A stretch of 49,132 nucleotides of DNA from Asterionella formosa (Eukaryota): the NCBI GenBank assembly GCA_002256025.1, contig NKIB01013981.1, positions 1-49,132 of the forward strand, in the 5' to 3' direction. Shown piece by piece: positions 11,540-23,290 of the stretch (positions within the stretch are counted from its first letter, which is position 1; each line of letters starts with the position of its first letter). Below the pieces are notes generated by a model, which did no database searches, had not been told where the DNA came from, and worked only from the letters and a program-made list of their open reading frames with translations. The translations under genes and the position numbers were made by a program.

Positions 11540-12774
11540 GGAGTTGCTGTTGATATGATGCTACTGCGGTCGCTGCGGATATCCGATCAGGCAATGATTG
11601 TGGGCACAGGTTCGTGGGCAAATTGACACACAGTACTCGTAGAAAAACAGCCGTATGCATCATCATGGAAAACAATTACCGGTAGTCACGGCAGGCCGGG
11701 TGAAAGAATCGTTTTACTGAGGAGCGAGATTCGTTTTGATACACAAAAAGCATTCCTATTACCTACCGGTACTTCGGTTTAGCAGGGAGCACGACCGGTA
11801 TGTATGTCCAGCCATTATACCGGTAGGTATGTTCCCGTATGCCGCAAATGGCTAATATATCATTTTTAAGCGATTCCTGATTCCTAAAAACAGGTAATGT
11901 AGCGCGACTGTAGATCGTGGTACTTGGCGAATTGATAAGAATTCCGGGATTTTCGAAAATGGACGTTTTTGTGGAAAGGACCATAACATTATAAATATTC
12001 AATCTTTTCTTAAATGGAAGAAAATTTTAGAGAGTACCGGGTGGCTATGAAGGGTCACATATCGATTCCGCACCTAAAATTCACGCTTAGAAGAAGATGG
12101 ACGGCACAAAGTTTTTGCGCGAAACAAAAGCAGTGTGTCGAAGCGGTCAGGGCAATACTACCAGCAAGATGCGGTCATTTTCCCAGAACGTACAACGTGT
12201 TGACGGACAGGGGCTTATTTAATATTATAAAAAGAACGTCTTTTCTTCTTAGCATGATACAGTGAAATAAATCGCAGAACTATTTTACCGGTAGTTGCAA
12301 AAACGAGAGGAGGACACACAGCATGTAACTATGACTTTCAGGAGATTTCTTTGAATTTCAGTAGATGCCTACTGGTATGACTTCCAGGAAATTTCAGGAA
12401 ACGTAAGGAAATTCGTACAGTATTACAAGGAAATGTCAGCGAATTTCAGGAAAGGCGTGCAATGATTTCCTGATGTCTCCGAAAAAGGGCTTTTCTGGCC
12501 TACATAAGTGGAAAAACAACCTACCGGTATCCTTCGTTCTGGATTAGAAGTAAATTCACGAGCGAGCCCGTACACCGGCGGAGCCACATGCGGGAGGAGG
12601 CGAGTTGAAGCCGTCGGTCACACACACAACGCATAACGACGTTTAGAAAAACGACTACCGGTTATAGCTGAACGTAGAACTACACTGGTACCCTGGTACC
12701 GTGCCAGCAGGCACGACCGCAAAAAGAGGATCACGAACGAACAATATGGACGAGTGTAACGATGTGAATACGAC

Positions 12775-14037
12775 ATGGCTCATGTGGTAGCAAATTCTGG
12801 TATAAATAACAAAACTGCTACGTCAAGAATTCAACTATTTGACAAGATGATGCGTCCAAGGTCTTCGTCCTATGCAAAGGCAATATCTCCGCCACCGTCA
12901 CCAACTTCCAGCAAGTTATCGTCTTCAAGTAACAGCCCGCCGAGAATAAGGCCCGCGTTGCCGCCGACGCAAATCTCGTTCCGCAATGTGGATGTTTCGA
13001 GTCCCATTCAGTTCAGAAGGAGGTAAGTTCAGTCATGCTGAGCGCTTGCACTTACGTGACAGATGCCGACAATGGCGCACTCATCCATTGCATCTTGTTG
13101 CAGTCTCAATCTGATCCTATGGTGTTTCTTCTCGTCCTCCTACGCGCTGCTGAACAAGCACCTTTTGACTGTCTTCCCGTTTCCAGTCACGCTGACGGTG
13201 GGTCAACTCACCTCTGGCTCGCTTTTCTTTCTGGCTTGTTCGTCCTTGCAATCTGATACACAGTCGATCTCTCTCAACCGAATCAAGTCTAAACATTTTT
13301 TCCGACTGGCCTACACATCCCTTTTTCATGCCGTTGGAATCGTCGCGAGCCATGCTTCCATCATGGCAAGTCCGTCAGTCCCCCACGTCATGATATGGCG
13401 AACAGGCCAGCCACTCCTTGCCACCTTAATGTCGCTGCCTCTAGGAATCGGTACGAGTGCGTCCGTGTCCTTTGCGAGTCTTTCGTATTTGGGCATTCTC
13501 CTTACTCTGTCTCGCTCGACGATTACTGGTTGCTTGTGGACTACATGTTCCAGTCTCGCATTCAGCGCGAGAGGCATTGCTACCTCACGTCGCCTGTGCT
13601 CGCGGAGATTTGGTGGCGGACAAGCTCTGTTTTGGTGCCTTACTATGGCAAGTCTCGTATGGTTGATTCCTTTGGCCCGTGTGCTGGAACCTACCGCGGA
13701 TGTGAGACTTGTATGGTTGGAGTTGATCGGCTCAGGAGTGTTGTTTTACGTCGTCAATCGATTTGCTTTTGACACGTTGAACCAACGCCACGAGATCAAT
13801 ACTCATTGGACATCCCTTCAACCGCTATTGCCCAATATTTGCATTGTACTTGTTTCATACGGCAAGACAACAATGAGTCCATCGTTCGTGGCGTGTATGT
13901 TGGCCTTTGGTGGAATGTGGCGGTATCAATGTCACAAGACAGGTAGCACCCCGTATGCTCTCGACAACTTGAATGGTCGACTAAAGGCGATCAGGTCCAT
14001 GTCTACTTCATCGAGTCGGGCACTTGCAACTGGGTAA
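12775..14037 (+). CDS. Triose-phosphate/nucleotide-sugar transporter family (TPT/SLC35E-like) membrane protein; exons 12775-13022 and 13104-14037
   Basis: LILWCFFSSSYALLNKHLLTVFPFPVTLT is the typical TPT-family first helix; many TM segments; GTAAGT donor at 13023 and TTGCAG acceptor at 13103 keep the frame. Confidence 0.7.
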
Positions 14038-15150
14038 TAGAAAGTACAACACAAATGGACGATTGGATCATTATGTAAAGCTATAGCTTATTTCCTCTGT
14101 AAATTATATTACTTTGCCATGACAAACCAAATTGGGGTAACCCTATATATGTATGGCCTTGCAGCCTTAATGATTGAAACAGCAACTGAAAAAATGCAGG
14201 GTCTTGTATAAAACATATACTTTGCACACTGTGTGACATGGTGCATTCATCCTAGGTCTAGGAACAAGCGATGGCAGCAAACATAGAAGGTAACCAAGGT
14301 ACGGAGTAACCGTGTAACAGCTTATCACGAATAACTGGGAACACTTTTCATTACGACAAACATACGTTTGCTCTATTTTTGTTCCGTATTTGTGATGGTG
14401 CCAACAGTACATATAGAAAGGACGACTCACCTACCGGTATATCTACTTTTTGCGAAGGCTAACTGTAGAGGACATTCATGTGAGGCTAGAGTACATGATG
14501 GGTTTATTCGTATGTAGTAATAGAGGCTCTAAGTCACACTACGATACTATCACTAATATTGCAGACCATATCCATAGAGTGAGCGATAGTACAACACCAC
14601 ATACCGGTATGTACATGCAAAAAGGGACTTCATATTTCAAGATTTGATGAGAACCCTACAAAGCATATCATGATTGATGATTCGGTTCGGATTGGCATAA
14701 AATACTGTAATGCTCGATAATTTGAAAATATACATACAATGTAGTCGTAAGAACATAGACCACCGGTACGATTACCCTAGGTAGAGATGACTACCTGGTC
14801 CCAAGTACCCTAATACGGGCGGGTCCATGAACTTCGCTCTTGAAGAACATTGAAGCGCGACTGACCCACTCACCTTCTATCATGCTTTGCATCGTGGGGG
14901 AACTGCGATCATCCCTGGTACGGGGGTTTGTATCTACATAAATGCGTACCCTTACATACCTCCATCACCCATCCTGTGCATTTACTTATTCTGTGTATGT
15001 ATATTATACAAATATCATGCGTTCTTCTCATTTGGTAATGCTAAAATACTTCGATACATTACAGCATGCTCATAAATTAGTTCTTTTACTTTCTTACCGG
15101 TGATATTGAACTGGTTCTTCTCAACAATCTCTTTTCTACCAAGTCACGTC

Positions 15151-15672
15151 ATGTACAATCCTATCAGGCAGATTCGAGATGAATGGATTAACTCTGTGTC
15201 ATCATGGGGGAAAGCAGCTGTCATCCTCTTCTATTCATTCCTTTGGTTGCAGATTGGAGTCATTGTCTATGAGCTTAGCTTTGACTCTTTGCGGCAGTAT
15301 CGTTGTATGCTCCCCAAGAATGACCCAAGATCGTATGGGGCTATTGCAGGATTTGCCGTGATTGTGGATATACTCTCCCTCGGCATTGTTGGTTACGCCA
15401 TGGTCCTTGGGGCAACAAACATCTTCAACATTGCACTGTTGACCGGAATCTTGGCCATTTTGTTTACTTCGCTTGCCTTCATTACGGTCCCAAAATCAGT
15501 ATCCGATGCCATGACGCAAGAAGATTTAGCCTGTTTTCAAGGTACATATGCTCCAATTGTGTTCGTCGAGAATGTTCTTTGGCCAGGTCTTGCATTGGTG
15601 TGTGCAATGTTGGAGGCCAAAGCAAAGGGTAGAAATGGAACTGCAGAGGAGAATCAACCACTCAATTCTTAG
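15151..15672 (+). CDS. Small ~4-TM membrane protein of unknown function
   Basis: ORF with four hydrophobic segments and a C-terminal EENQPL; the paralog at 16644 starts at the equivalent Met. Confidence 0.7.
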   Translation: MYNPIRQIRDEWINSVSSWGKAAVILFYSFLWLQIGVIVYELSFDSLRQYRCMLPKNDPRSYGAIAGFAVIVDILSLGIVGYAMVLGATNIFNIALLTGILAILFTSLAFITVPKSVSDAMTQEDLACFQGTYAPIVFVENVLWPGLALVCAMLEAKAKGRNGTAEENQPLNS

Positions 15673-16643
15673 GTTCAATGAAAGTGCCATGTCGTTTCAC
15701 TGAATGTAAAGAAAGTTGACAGCGTAATTTTATTACTTTATGTTTACAATTTAACCATGATAGTTTATAACAGTACTAGAAGTTTTGCTTGTTCCAAAAT
15801 AGATCGAGCGTTGATGGCGCTTTGCTTGACGGTTTATGATATTTTACCAGCAGTGTAGTACTGATACTCCAAAAGTTTGATCGCAGAAGCTGCCTTCTCG
15901 AGTAACTCTCTTAAACGCTAATACATCATCATGCTATATTACTTGCAACTTTGACATAATTACAGTCAACTTGCTCTCATTCATGAGTATAATAGTGCTT
16001 CAAACTGGCTGTCTATATGCAACAAATGCACAATACATCATTTCGACAAATTCCCATGAGCTGTATTGGTGAGTTCAGGTAGGAGGTCGGTCACTTCGCA
16101 CATCATTACCAAGTTGATATTTTGATGCGACGCGACAGTCCAATCTGGACGAACTCTTCCGGTATTACTTGCAGGGCACGTTTGACACTATAGCTTGCAC
16201 ACACCCACTTGCAATTTAATTTGTTTCCACAACATGATGCCCGTATAATTTAGAGTTGGTGACATTTGTTGACACCTGCAGATGGCCGCATTGCCTTCAA
16301 TACAAAGGCCGTGGTCTACTATAAATAGAGTATACTATATACCTAAATACCATATTCGCACTCCTATTGATTTGATTGGGTTCGCATAAAAGATTCTCCA
16401 ATGTTTGCCGGGATATACATACCAACTACTTCGTATTCATACCGCTATCTACATATAATGTAATATATAGGGTGTATCTACCAGATACCATTCTTTTCGA
16501 GTGTCAAAGTAGGTTTGAACTTATATTTCGTAACACATGTATCCTATATCTTTGAAAATCACCACATCACGGAGGATATACTCTCAAAAAATTGAATAGA
16601 ATCTTCAATTTCATCTTCACAATCCATTTACCAATTTCAAATA

Positions 16644-17156
16644 ATGTACAGCCCTTTCAAGCAGATTCGAGAAGATTTGCTCAACTCAGTGTCGTTCTGG
16701 GGCAAAACAGCCGTTGCCCTTTTCTACTCCTTCATTTGGGTGCTGATTTTTTCTAATTTTTTCTCGATTGTTTTTCAACCCTCGTTGAACTTCGAGTGCT
16801 TGCTCCATGATTGCATGCTGCTGTTATAGGGTTGGGGAATAATGTGGATTTGCTTCTTCTGGGAATTTGCCTTGACTCCTTGATCCTTGGAGCGACAAGC
16901 ATCGTCAACATATCAATATTCACTGGAATTATGATCGGTATTATTTCATTGCAGGCCTCCATCCTGGTGCCCGAGTTGAAATCAATTTCAAAGGAACAGC
17001 ACGATTGGGATTGTCTCAATGGCATCTACTGTCCAAGTATCTGGGTCCCCTTCATCGCGTGGCCAGGAATGGCTTTGGCTTGCGCTGCAAAGGAAGCCAG
17101 GTGCAAAGAGACATTTAGACATGTCGTCAGGAGGAGAATCAGCCACTCACTCATAA
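16644..17156 (+). pseudogene. Frameshifted tandem paralog of the 15151-15672 membrane protein
   Basis: MYSPFKQIREDLLNSVSFWGKTAVALFYSFIW vs MYNPIRQIRDEWINSVSSWGKAAVILFYSFLW; homology changes frame at ~16810, and EENQPL reappears in another frame at 17131. Confidence 0.75.
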
Positions 17157-17377
17157 AGTATGTAGGAAGACCAATAGAGTTGAATTGAATATTTGAACGT
17201 GCAAAATTTTTCCTTCGATTGCTCTCAATTTAGAAATAGTCCAACTGAATTAAGGGCACAACAGCTGTCGCATGTCGCTTTCCCTAATGATAAAACCGCT
17301 ATACCTGGCACCAGCAGGATAGTAAAATCAAGAAAAAAAGGTGCACACTGGAAATACAATCGAAGATATAATCGTAA

Positions 17378-18640
17378 TCAATCTTGTTGTTTGTTGCCAC
17401 TTTGTTCACGTAGTGCTTTGGTTTCATCGTCGTGTTCGACCACCAGTGTCAATTGTTGTAGAAAATTGAAATAGCACCAAAGTGGGGAATCGAACTTCAT
17501 ATCATACCAATAATTGATTCCAAGAGTTTCGCATGTTTGGGTGACTCTATGGAACCATAAGGAGGGTAAGTACAACATCTCACCAGCTCTGACAGTAATC
17601 TTGATTGGATGCACTCTCTCAAGAAGAGGAAATCGATTGATCTGTTTGGTTCGAGTTGACTGTTCCAAGAGGGGTTCCACATCTGCTTCGATCCATTTGA
17701 CGACATTATTGACGCCACATTCCTCGAACCCGTCAACGTCGGGAACAACTTTCCAGTTGCCATTACCCAAGTCACGATGAAACGTTCCTGATTCAAATTC
17801 ACCTTCATACAGGAATGGGACATCACCTGGAGGACACAAAGTGAATACCTTCTCTCCCTCCAGTACATAAAATAGATTTTCATAATGATCTTTATGCATG
17901 GATGATACGGCTCGCTCATCTCCGATCCAAACATTAATGGCGTCTGGTGGACCCGTTCCGAACGCATCCTCGGCCCATGTGAACGTCGACGGAACAAGGT
18001 TGGAGTCAAAGAGAGACTTGAACTCAGTTCGTAAACAATCATTTTGTCGAGAATAGTATAGCACGTCGTTGATATTAGTTGCGCAGGATAGCAGGACATT
18101 CGGGCCTGCTGTTGCTTCTGCAAGAGAAAGAATGGCTCGACCATCTGTGTCAAACGGAGAAGTGAAATCGGGAGGTTTTATTTCGTCTCGCCCAGCTTCT
18201 CTCAGCTGTTTCGTAAACTCCGACAAAGTCATTGCCTTTTCTTGCGGTTTAACAAACATGCGCCTTGTCCTACCATCCGCGCCATGGACAGTTCGTACAA
18301 CATCACCGTGTCCATCTGGAGTGACATTGACCGTAATGGACAGTTGAGAAGACGCCCTCTCAACGAGCTCATTGAGGCTCAACGTCAAATCGCCACCTAT
18401 ACTATTTTGAATCGCTTTCTCAATGATACAGGGCCGACTTCTGGAAACGTAGTCTCTTTGAAATTCCAAGGTAAATGATGACTCGGGCGTCTGCTGGAGT
18501 CTCCCAATAATGGAGGAGCACCACAAAGATGCAACGTCGTCTCCAAAGCTTTCCAACTGAGCTGACGATGCATGAAGCTGAAACGTAGTACCAGTCGCCT
18601 TCGCCTTGTTGTTGTCATTGTTGCTGCTGCCACTGCTCAT
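17378..18640 (-). CDS. JMJD7: JmjC/cupin-8 domain protein, JMJD7-like
   Basis: VNVTPDGHGD, YYSRQNDCL, PDAINVWIG, SMHKDHYENL (HxD) and LYLPSLWFHRV (distal His), NYWYDM. Confidence 0.85.
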   Translation of the reverse strand: MSSGSSNNDNNKAKATGTTFQLHASSAQLESFGDDVASLWCSSIIGRLQQTPESSFTLEFQRDYVSRSRPCIIEKAIQNSIGGDLTLSLNELVERASSQLSITVNVTPDGHGDVVRTVHGADGRTRRMFVKPQEKAMTLSEFTKQLREAGRDEIKPPDFTSPFDTDGRAILSLAEATAGPNVLLSCATNINDVLYYSRQNDCLRTEFKSLFDSNLVPSTFTWAEDAFGTGPPDAINVWIGDERAVSSMHKDHYENLFYVLEGEKVFTLCPPGDVPFLYEGEFESGTFHRDLGNGNWKVVPDVDGFEECGVNNVVKWIEADVEPLLEQSTRTKQINRFPLLERVHPIKITVRAGEMLYLPSLWFHRVTQTCETLGINYWYDMKFDSPLWCYFNFLQQLTLVVEHDDETKALREQSGNKQQD

Positions 18641-19468
18641 TGAATGTAGCTACAAGTATGATGTGTACATATCCTCATATCATCTATTTATAGAGCATCG
18701 CCACCCAAGAGTATGTAAAGCCAATTGAAGAAGGTGCGGGTAATTACACAAAAAAAAAATTAGATATAGCTAGCTACCAGGGTACCAGTACCATATCGAC
18801 CAAGACCAAATTTGCTTTGGTCTTGGTCTACAATTTTACCCCGGCCGTATCGACCAAGTGAGATCAGATGTGTACCAGGTACTTCGTATTGGTCAATTAT
18901 TTTAGGCTCCAACCTTGGCCAATAAAAGAAGCAATTCTATTGGTCTAGAATATGTTTAATTAGTGCACAAATAATTACAATACATGTATTATTACACTAC
19001 CATCTTCACCAATATACTGCAATGAAGTTTCAATTCTAGAAACTGAACAGCTTCAGTTTTAAGAGAGTTTAATTTTTTTCATTTACTACTGACCTCATGT
19101 AGCTATTGAGTACCTTGAGACTATTCAAGCCTTAGGCCCAGTCTTACGGTGCCCAAATTAAGAAGATTCAGTCGCCCGGATACCTCTTGGGCGTTTAATC
19201 TTCGTATTTTCGTCTCTTACGGGGGCCTTACGGGCTAATAACTCGCAAATCCCCCTCCCGATTACGAAGATTAATCTTTGTTTGCCTGAATATTTCGAGG
19301 GTCATCCCCAATATTGACCCAATCTTCGTATTTTCTTGAACAATTCTTTGTTTCCCAAAGATTAATCTTTGGGCAAACAAAGATTGTCTCTACCAATCAG
19401 AATAGCGGAAACAATAGTATACAATTGTCATCACATATACTGTTGATATAGCATTCGATAATTCAATA

Positions 19469-20335
19469 CTTGATGAATATGTATACATACTGAGAGAGGA
19501 AGAGGAAGATGATGACCAACTGCAACGAATTCTAAATGATTACAGTTCCATTGGGCTTCCAGGTTGTATAGTAGTAGGCTCAGTCGATTGTGTGCACATT
19601 GGATGGAATCGATGTCCTGCCTACCAGAAGAATATATTTAAAGGTTCTAAGGGGTATCCTTCAGTTGTTTTTGAGGTGGTTTCTTATCACAGAAGAAATA
19701 TTTTATCAATCAGCTACCTACACCCAGGAACAAGAAATGACAAACACATAGTCAAGTTTGATGCTGCTGTTTACAATCTACACAATAGAAATTCGTTTCT
19801 TGGCAGGCAAGAGTGGAATGTGCTCACTGTTGAGTCTTCTATAACTTGTAAAGGCTACTGTTTCATTTGTGATGGACGGTACCTACGATGGCCACTGTTG
19901 ATTTTTCCAATTAAATACGGCAATGAACATGGAAAAGAAAGGGCATGGGGTATGATGGTGGTGGAGTCTGCCTGTTCAGATATTGAATGTACTTTTGGTA
20001 TATTGAAAAGTCAATGGTTATTTCTTAAGAACTGGAACAACTTGTCTTGACCTGAGCATATCGAAAATGCGTTCACATCATGCTATGTGCTCCATATCAT
20101 TCTCTTAGAAAGCGATAGTTACATTGACTGTGAAAGTTCTGACACACAGCATATTGCGCATACTGTGCGAGGTGACTGCATGGACTTGTATGTTACTTCA
20201 CACTGCAACTTCTTGAATGAAACAGTGGCTGGGGGTAAACAAAGTCAATGGTGGAATAGAGTTCAACTACTTGTTGATCATTATGACGAATTTCGTAAAA
20301 GATGTAACAAGAAACAAGTTAGCAAGATAGCTTAA
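19469..20335 (+). pseudogene. Harbinger DDE transposase (Plant_tran/DDE_Tnp_4-like), 5'-truncated, internal stop at 20048-20050
   Basis: GLPGCIVVGSVDCVHIGWNRCP, PGTRNDK, ICDGRY, DIECTFGILKSQW and CYVLHIILLE motifs. Confidence 0.85.
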
Positions 20336-20341
20336 TATATA

Positions 20342-21682
20342 TTATTTTTTATATATATTAGTAAAATATATTAATGAGTTTTTATGTTGCCTAATTAGTT
20401 CCTGAACATCAGAGCTGTGCATAGAGAAGCAAGCACCACAACACCAAATGTTCTGTAGATTTCGAAAACCATCACAGCAAATGGAGCATAAAAATTTGTT
20501 GCAATCAATGCAAAGGTGTTCACTGTTCATGACTTGGCAGTCAGTGCAAATGCCTCCAACAAGTCCTGGGCCTTGATCATTATCTTGCTCATCATTAAGA
20601 ACAAAGAGTGAATTGGGGTAGTATTTGTTGGAGTGAGCTCATTTCCAAAGACACTTGTTACACTGACAACACCTTTTTCAGTCAAAACACTTGTACTCTC
20701 AACATCATAAGTTTGTAGGAAAGGTAGATTATCGAAACAATTCAAAACAGCTGCTTGATATCTATCTTCAGGGATTGTGTGCTTGAATCTTTCATATAGA
20801 TCAAGATGAGCAACAATCTAATCAGTTTTTCCCTTTCGAGTTTGTGCTGCTTGAAAATTGAGCATCTTTATATCCATCATGGTTGGGTTTTCTGTTTGGT
20901 TGGTGATGAATATTCATCATGATGGTGCTTTCGTTTGTTGCTCCTTCCATGCTCCTTATTCTTCTTCTCTTCGCGATCTGCCAGCAGCATCTCTCGTCGA
21001 CTTATATTTACAACATCACTGTCTTTCACATCTGGAACCAATTGCATATTCTTCCGAAAAAAATTTAAAGTAAGCAAATAGCACAAAGTTGGATCCCTGT
21101 ATTCCCAATGATTGGGTGGGCTTGGAACAACCATGATTTCGAGTCTGCTGGTTGATTGACCAGGTAGATCAACTCCATTAATCATGATTTGACACATTGG
21201 ATTCTTCTTTTGGAAACTTTGCTTGTAAATATTACTGACAAATTTGAAATATGCATCCTTCAAACCTTGTCCACTTGGACGTTTGTGCAAAGAATCCTGG
21301 TCGATGTTTGAACTAGAAATGATACTGTTGCGAAGTTTGTTTCTAATCTCCTGCCACTTTCTCCATAAGGTATCACCAGTCATGCTCGACTTATCCTTGG
21401 ACCCCCATACATATCGCAGTTGAGTTTTATGGCGGTATCACACATATCATCCTCGAGGTCTTTATCCAGAATTCGAAAATACACTTTAACCATACCTCGA
21501 AATTTCTTCTCCTCCCTAGATGCAAACCTGTGTTGAATTTCACAACCAGCAGCAATATAATGGAAATCTACACACTTCGAAGCATGTGCACTTGAATGGG
21601 GCCGCCTATACAATATCGAATACGGTCGCCAAAGGAAAGCTCCTCCTCAGTTTAGTATTCTGGTGGTCCTTCAGTCGCCATT
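20342..21682 (-). pseudogene. Harbinger accessory ORF remnant (Myb/SANT-like segment plus C-terminal Cys-rich finger), several frameshifts and stops
   Basis: TGDTLWRKWQEIRNKLRN helix; fragments 21380-21613, 20877-21383, 20527-20745 and 20342-20530 are collinear and converge on the transposase stop. Confidence 0.55.
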
Positions 21683-21946
21683 GTGATAATAGAAAGATGC
21701 TGGTGGTGGGAGCAGAGGAGAAAGGAGATAGGACGATGTGAAGGCTGATCACCTTAAAACAACAACAGCAACGATGATGATGGAGCATTGAGTGTTGACA
21801 ATTTTAATTATAAATAATTACTATAATATTTCTGTGGACGATACTACTAATTTTCATGTAGGAAATAAATTTCAATTCTCGAGATCGGTCATTTGACATA
21901 TGGATTGACATACTACTTAATCTTTGGGACAGTAAGGTGGCCATAA

Positions 21947-22472
21947 AATTTCCCAAATACAAAGATCGAAGATTTTGCAGCAATAGCTTCGCAATATTCA
22001 ATCTTCGTATTTCGTGCACCATAAGCAAGTTTCAGCCTTAAGAGTATGGCCCATGTGATGCTTCCTGGCTTTGACAGCCTAGATTATATAAAATTTTTAA
22101 CCTTGTCAGTAGCACCCCAACAAACATGGTGACTTCTTTGGGTACTGCAAGGCAGGGGAAAGGTTGAATAGCTACACTTTCTTGCATGAGAGTAGATGGA
22201 AATTCATGTGTTGTTTCTGCTGTATTCTGGCAATGGTGAATCAATGGCGTCCCCAAATCTTGATTATTGAGGAGCAAGAAGGTAGATGACTTGATTTGAA
22301 CTTTGATTGAGGCATTTATATGCCTCTACTGTGTTTGCCTTGCCTTTGTGGAATGTATGGCAGACTCTGATATTGTATTATAGCTTTAAGGATCTTCTTG
22401 GATCAAAATGGAATGTTTTGACATGACCATGAAGGTTCTCGTTGAATAAATAGTACACCTGATTTGAATCCA
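21947..22472 (+). repeat. ~525 bp direct repeat, copy 1 (Harbinger right end plus ~435 bp flank)
   Basis: Near-identical to 23825-24351 (about 7 differences seen by eye). Confidence 0.95.
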
Positions 22473-23023
22473 GTCATTTTCATCAAGTTCCTTGAGTTTC
22501 TCGGTGTTTCTGGTGATTCTTTTATCGTTTTATAGCTCATTTCATATGCTGTAGTAGCTCAGAGCGCCAGCAGTGTAGACCCGATCCCAATGCCGCCCAG
22601 GACATCAACAAATACACTATTCAAGAGAATGATGCATGTTGTTGTATTTCACATATTTTTGTCAAGCTCCTTGAGTTTCTTGTTGTTCCTGATAATTTTT
22701 TCGTCTGTTTGTACTAGCTCGTTGCATATGCTGTAGTTAATGTTAAGCAAAAACTGTCTGATTTGATTTTTTTGGCCCTAAATATACATCGCCCTTCATG
22801 GTGAGAGGGGATGCTTATTAGCCAGTGCTAGTGGTATCGCTGTGAGCATTATTCTAGATTAGTTTTTTTACATTTTGTTGCTTAGACAAAATTGCGATTT
22901 CATTTCAATAACTACAACATTGCTAGCTTCGTTTCATCATGATTTTTTCTGATTCACAACTTAAAATTTATGATTCAAGATAATATTTCATAATCGAATA
23001 ACTATATGCTGCTTGTCCTTGTT

Positions 23024-23290
23024 TTAAATCCACAAGTGCTCAATCAAATCATGTCGTAATAGAAAGTGCTAACCTTCATCTAGCCCATCTAGTTCATTTG
23101 AATATCCTTGAAATCAAGGGATGTATGCATGTTTTTATGATTCACCTCATCAACCCAAAATCCATCCCAATTACTATGAAATAAATAGTCATTTGCATTT
23201 TCAGTTTCCCACTCGTCCTCTATGATGATTTTGTGTAGAATGATGAATGCGAAGATTTCAATGTTCACTGCACCCACTGACCAAAGTTTA
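23024..23290 (-). pseudogene. C-terminal remnant of a second, different Harbinger transposase
   Basis: KLWSVGAVNIEIFAFIILHKIIIEDE ... HFLLRHDLIEHLWI matches the ACIILHNMIVEDE...DLIEHLW tail of PIF-type transposases. Confidence 0.7.

Larger units (their letters stand above)
19135..22037. mobile_element. Decayed PIF/Harbinger DNA transposon
   Basis: TTA at 19132-19134 and 22038-22040 (TSD); ends GGC...GCC; imperfect TIR CTTACGGTGCCCAAATTAAGAAGATTCA vs reverse complement CTTATGGTGCACGAAATACGAAGATTGA (22/28); subterminal AATCTTCGTATTT repeats; two convergent ORF remnants. Confidence 0.8.

Noticed and set aside
11883..11897. Exact 15-mer CCTAAAAACAGGTAA shared with 44601-44615
   Set aside because: A few 15-mer matches are expected by chance in 49 kb, and the flanks do not align
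13023..13062. 40-nt intron ending just before ATG 13063
   Set aside because: Leads to a frameshift and early stop; the acceptor at 13103 keeps the frame
9818..14037. PGM3 head-to-head with a TPT/nucleotide-sugar transporter as a UDP-GlcNAc mini-cluster
   Set aside because: Transporter substrate is unknown, and adjacency in a compact genome is not evidence of co-function
20048..20050. In-frame TGA in the transposase as selenocysteine or programmed readthrough
   Set aside because: The element is otherwise decayed (5' truncation, broken accessory ORF), so a nonsense mutation is simpler
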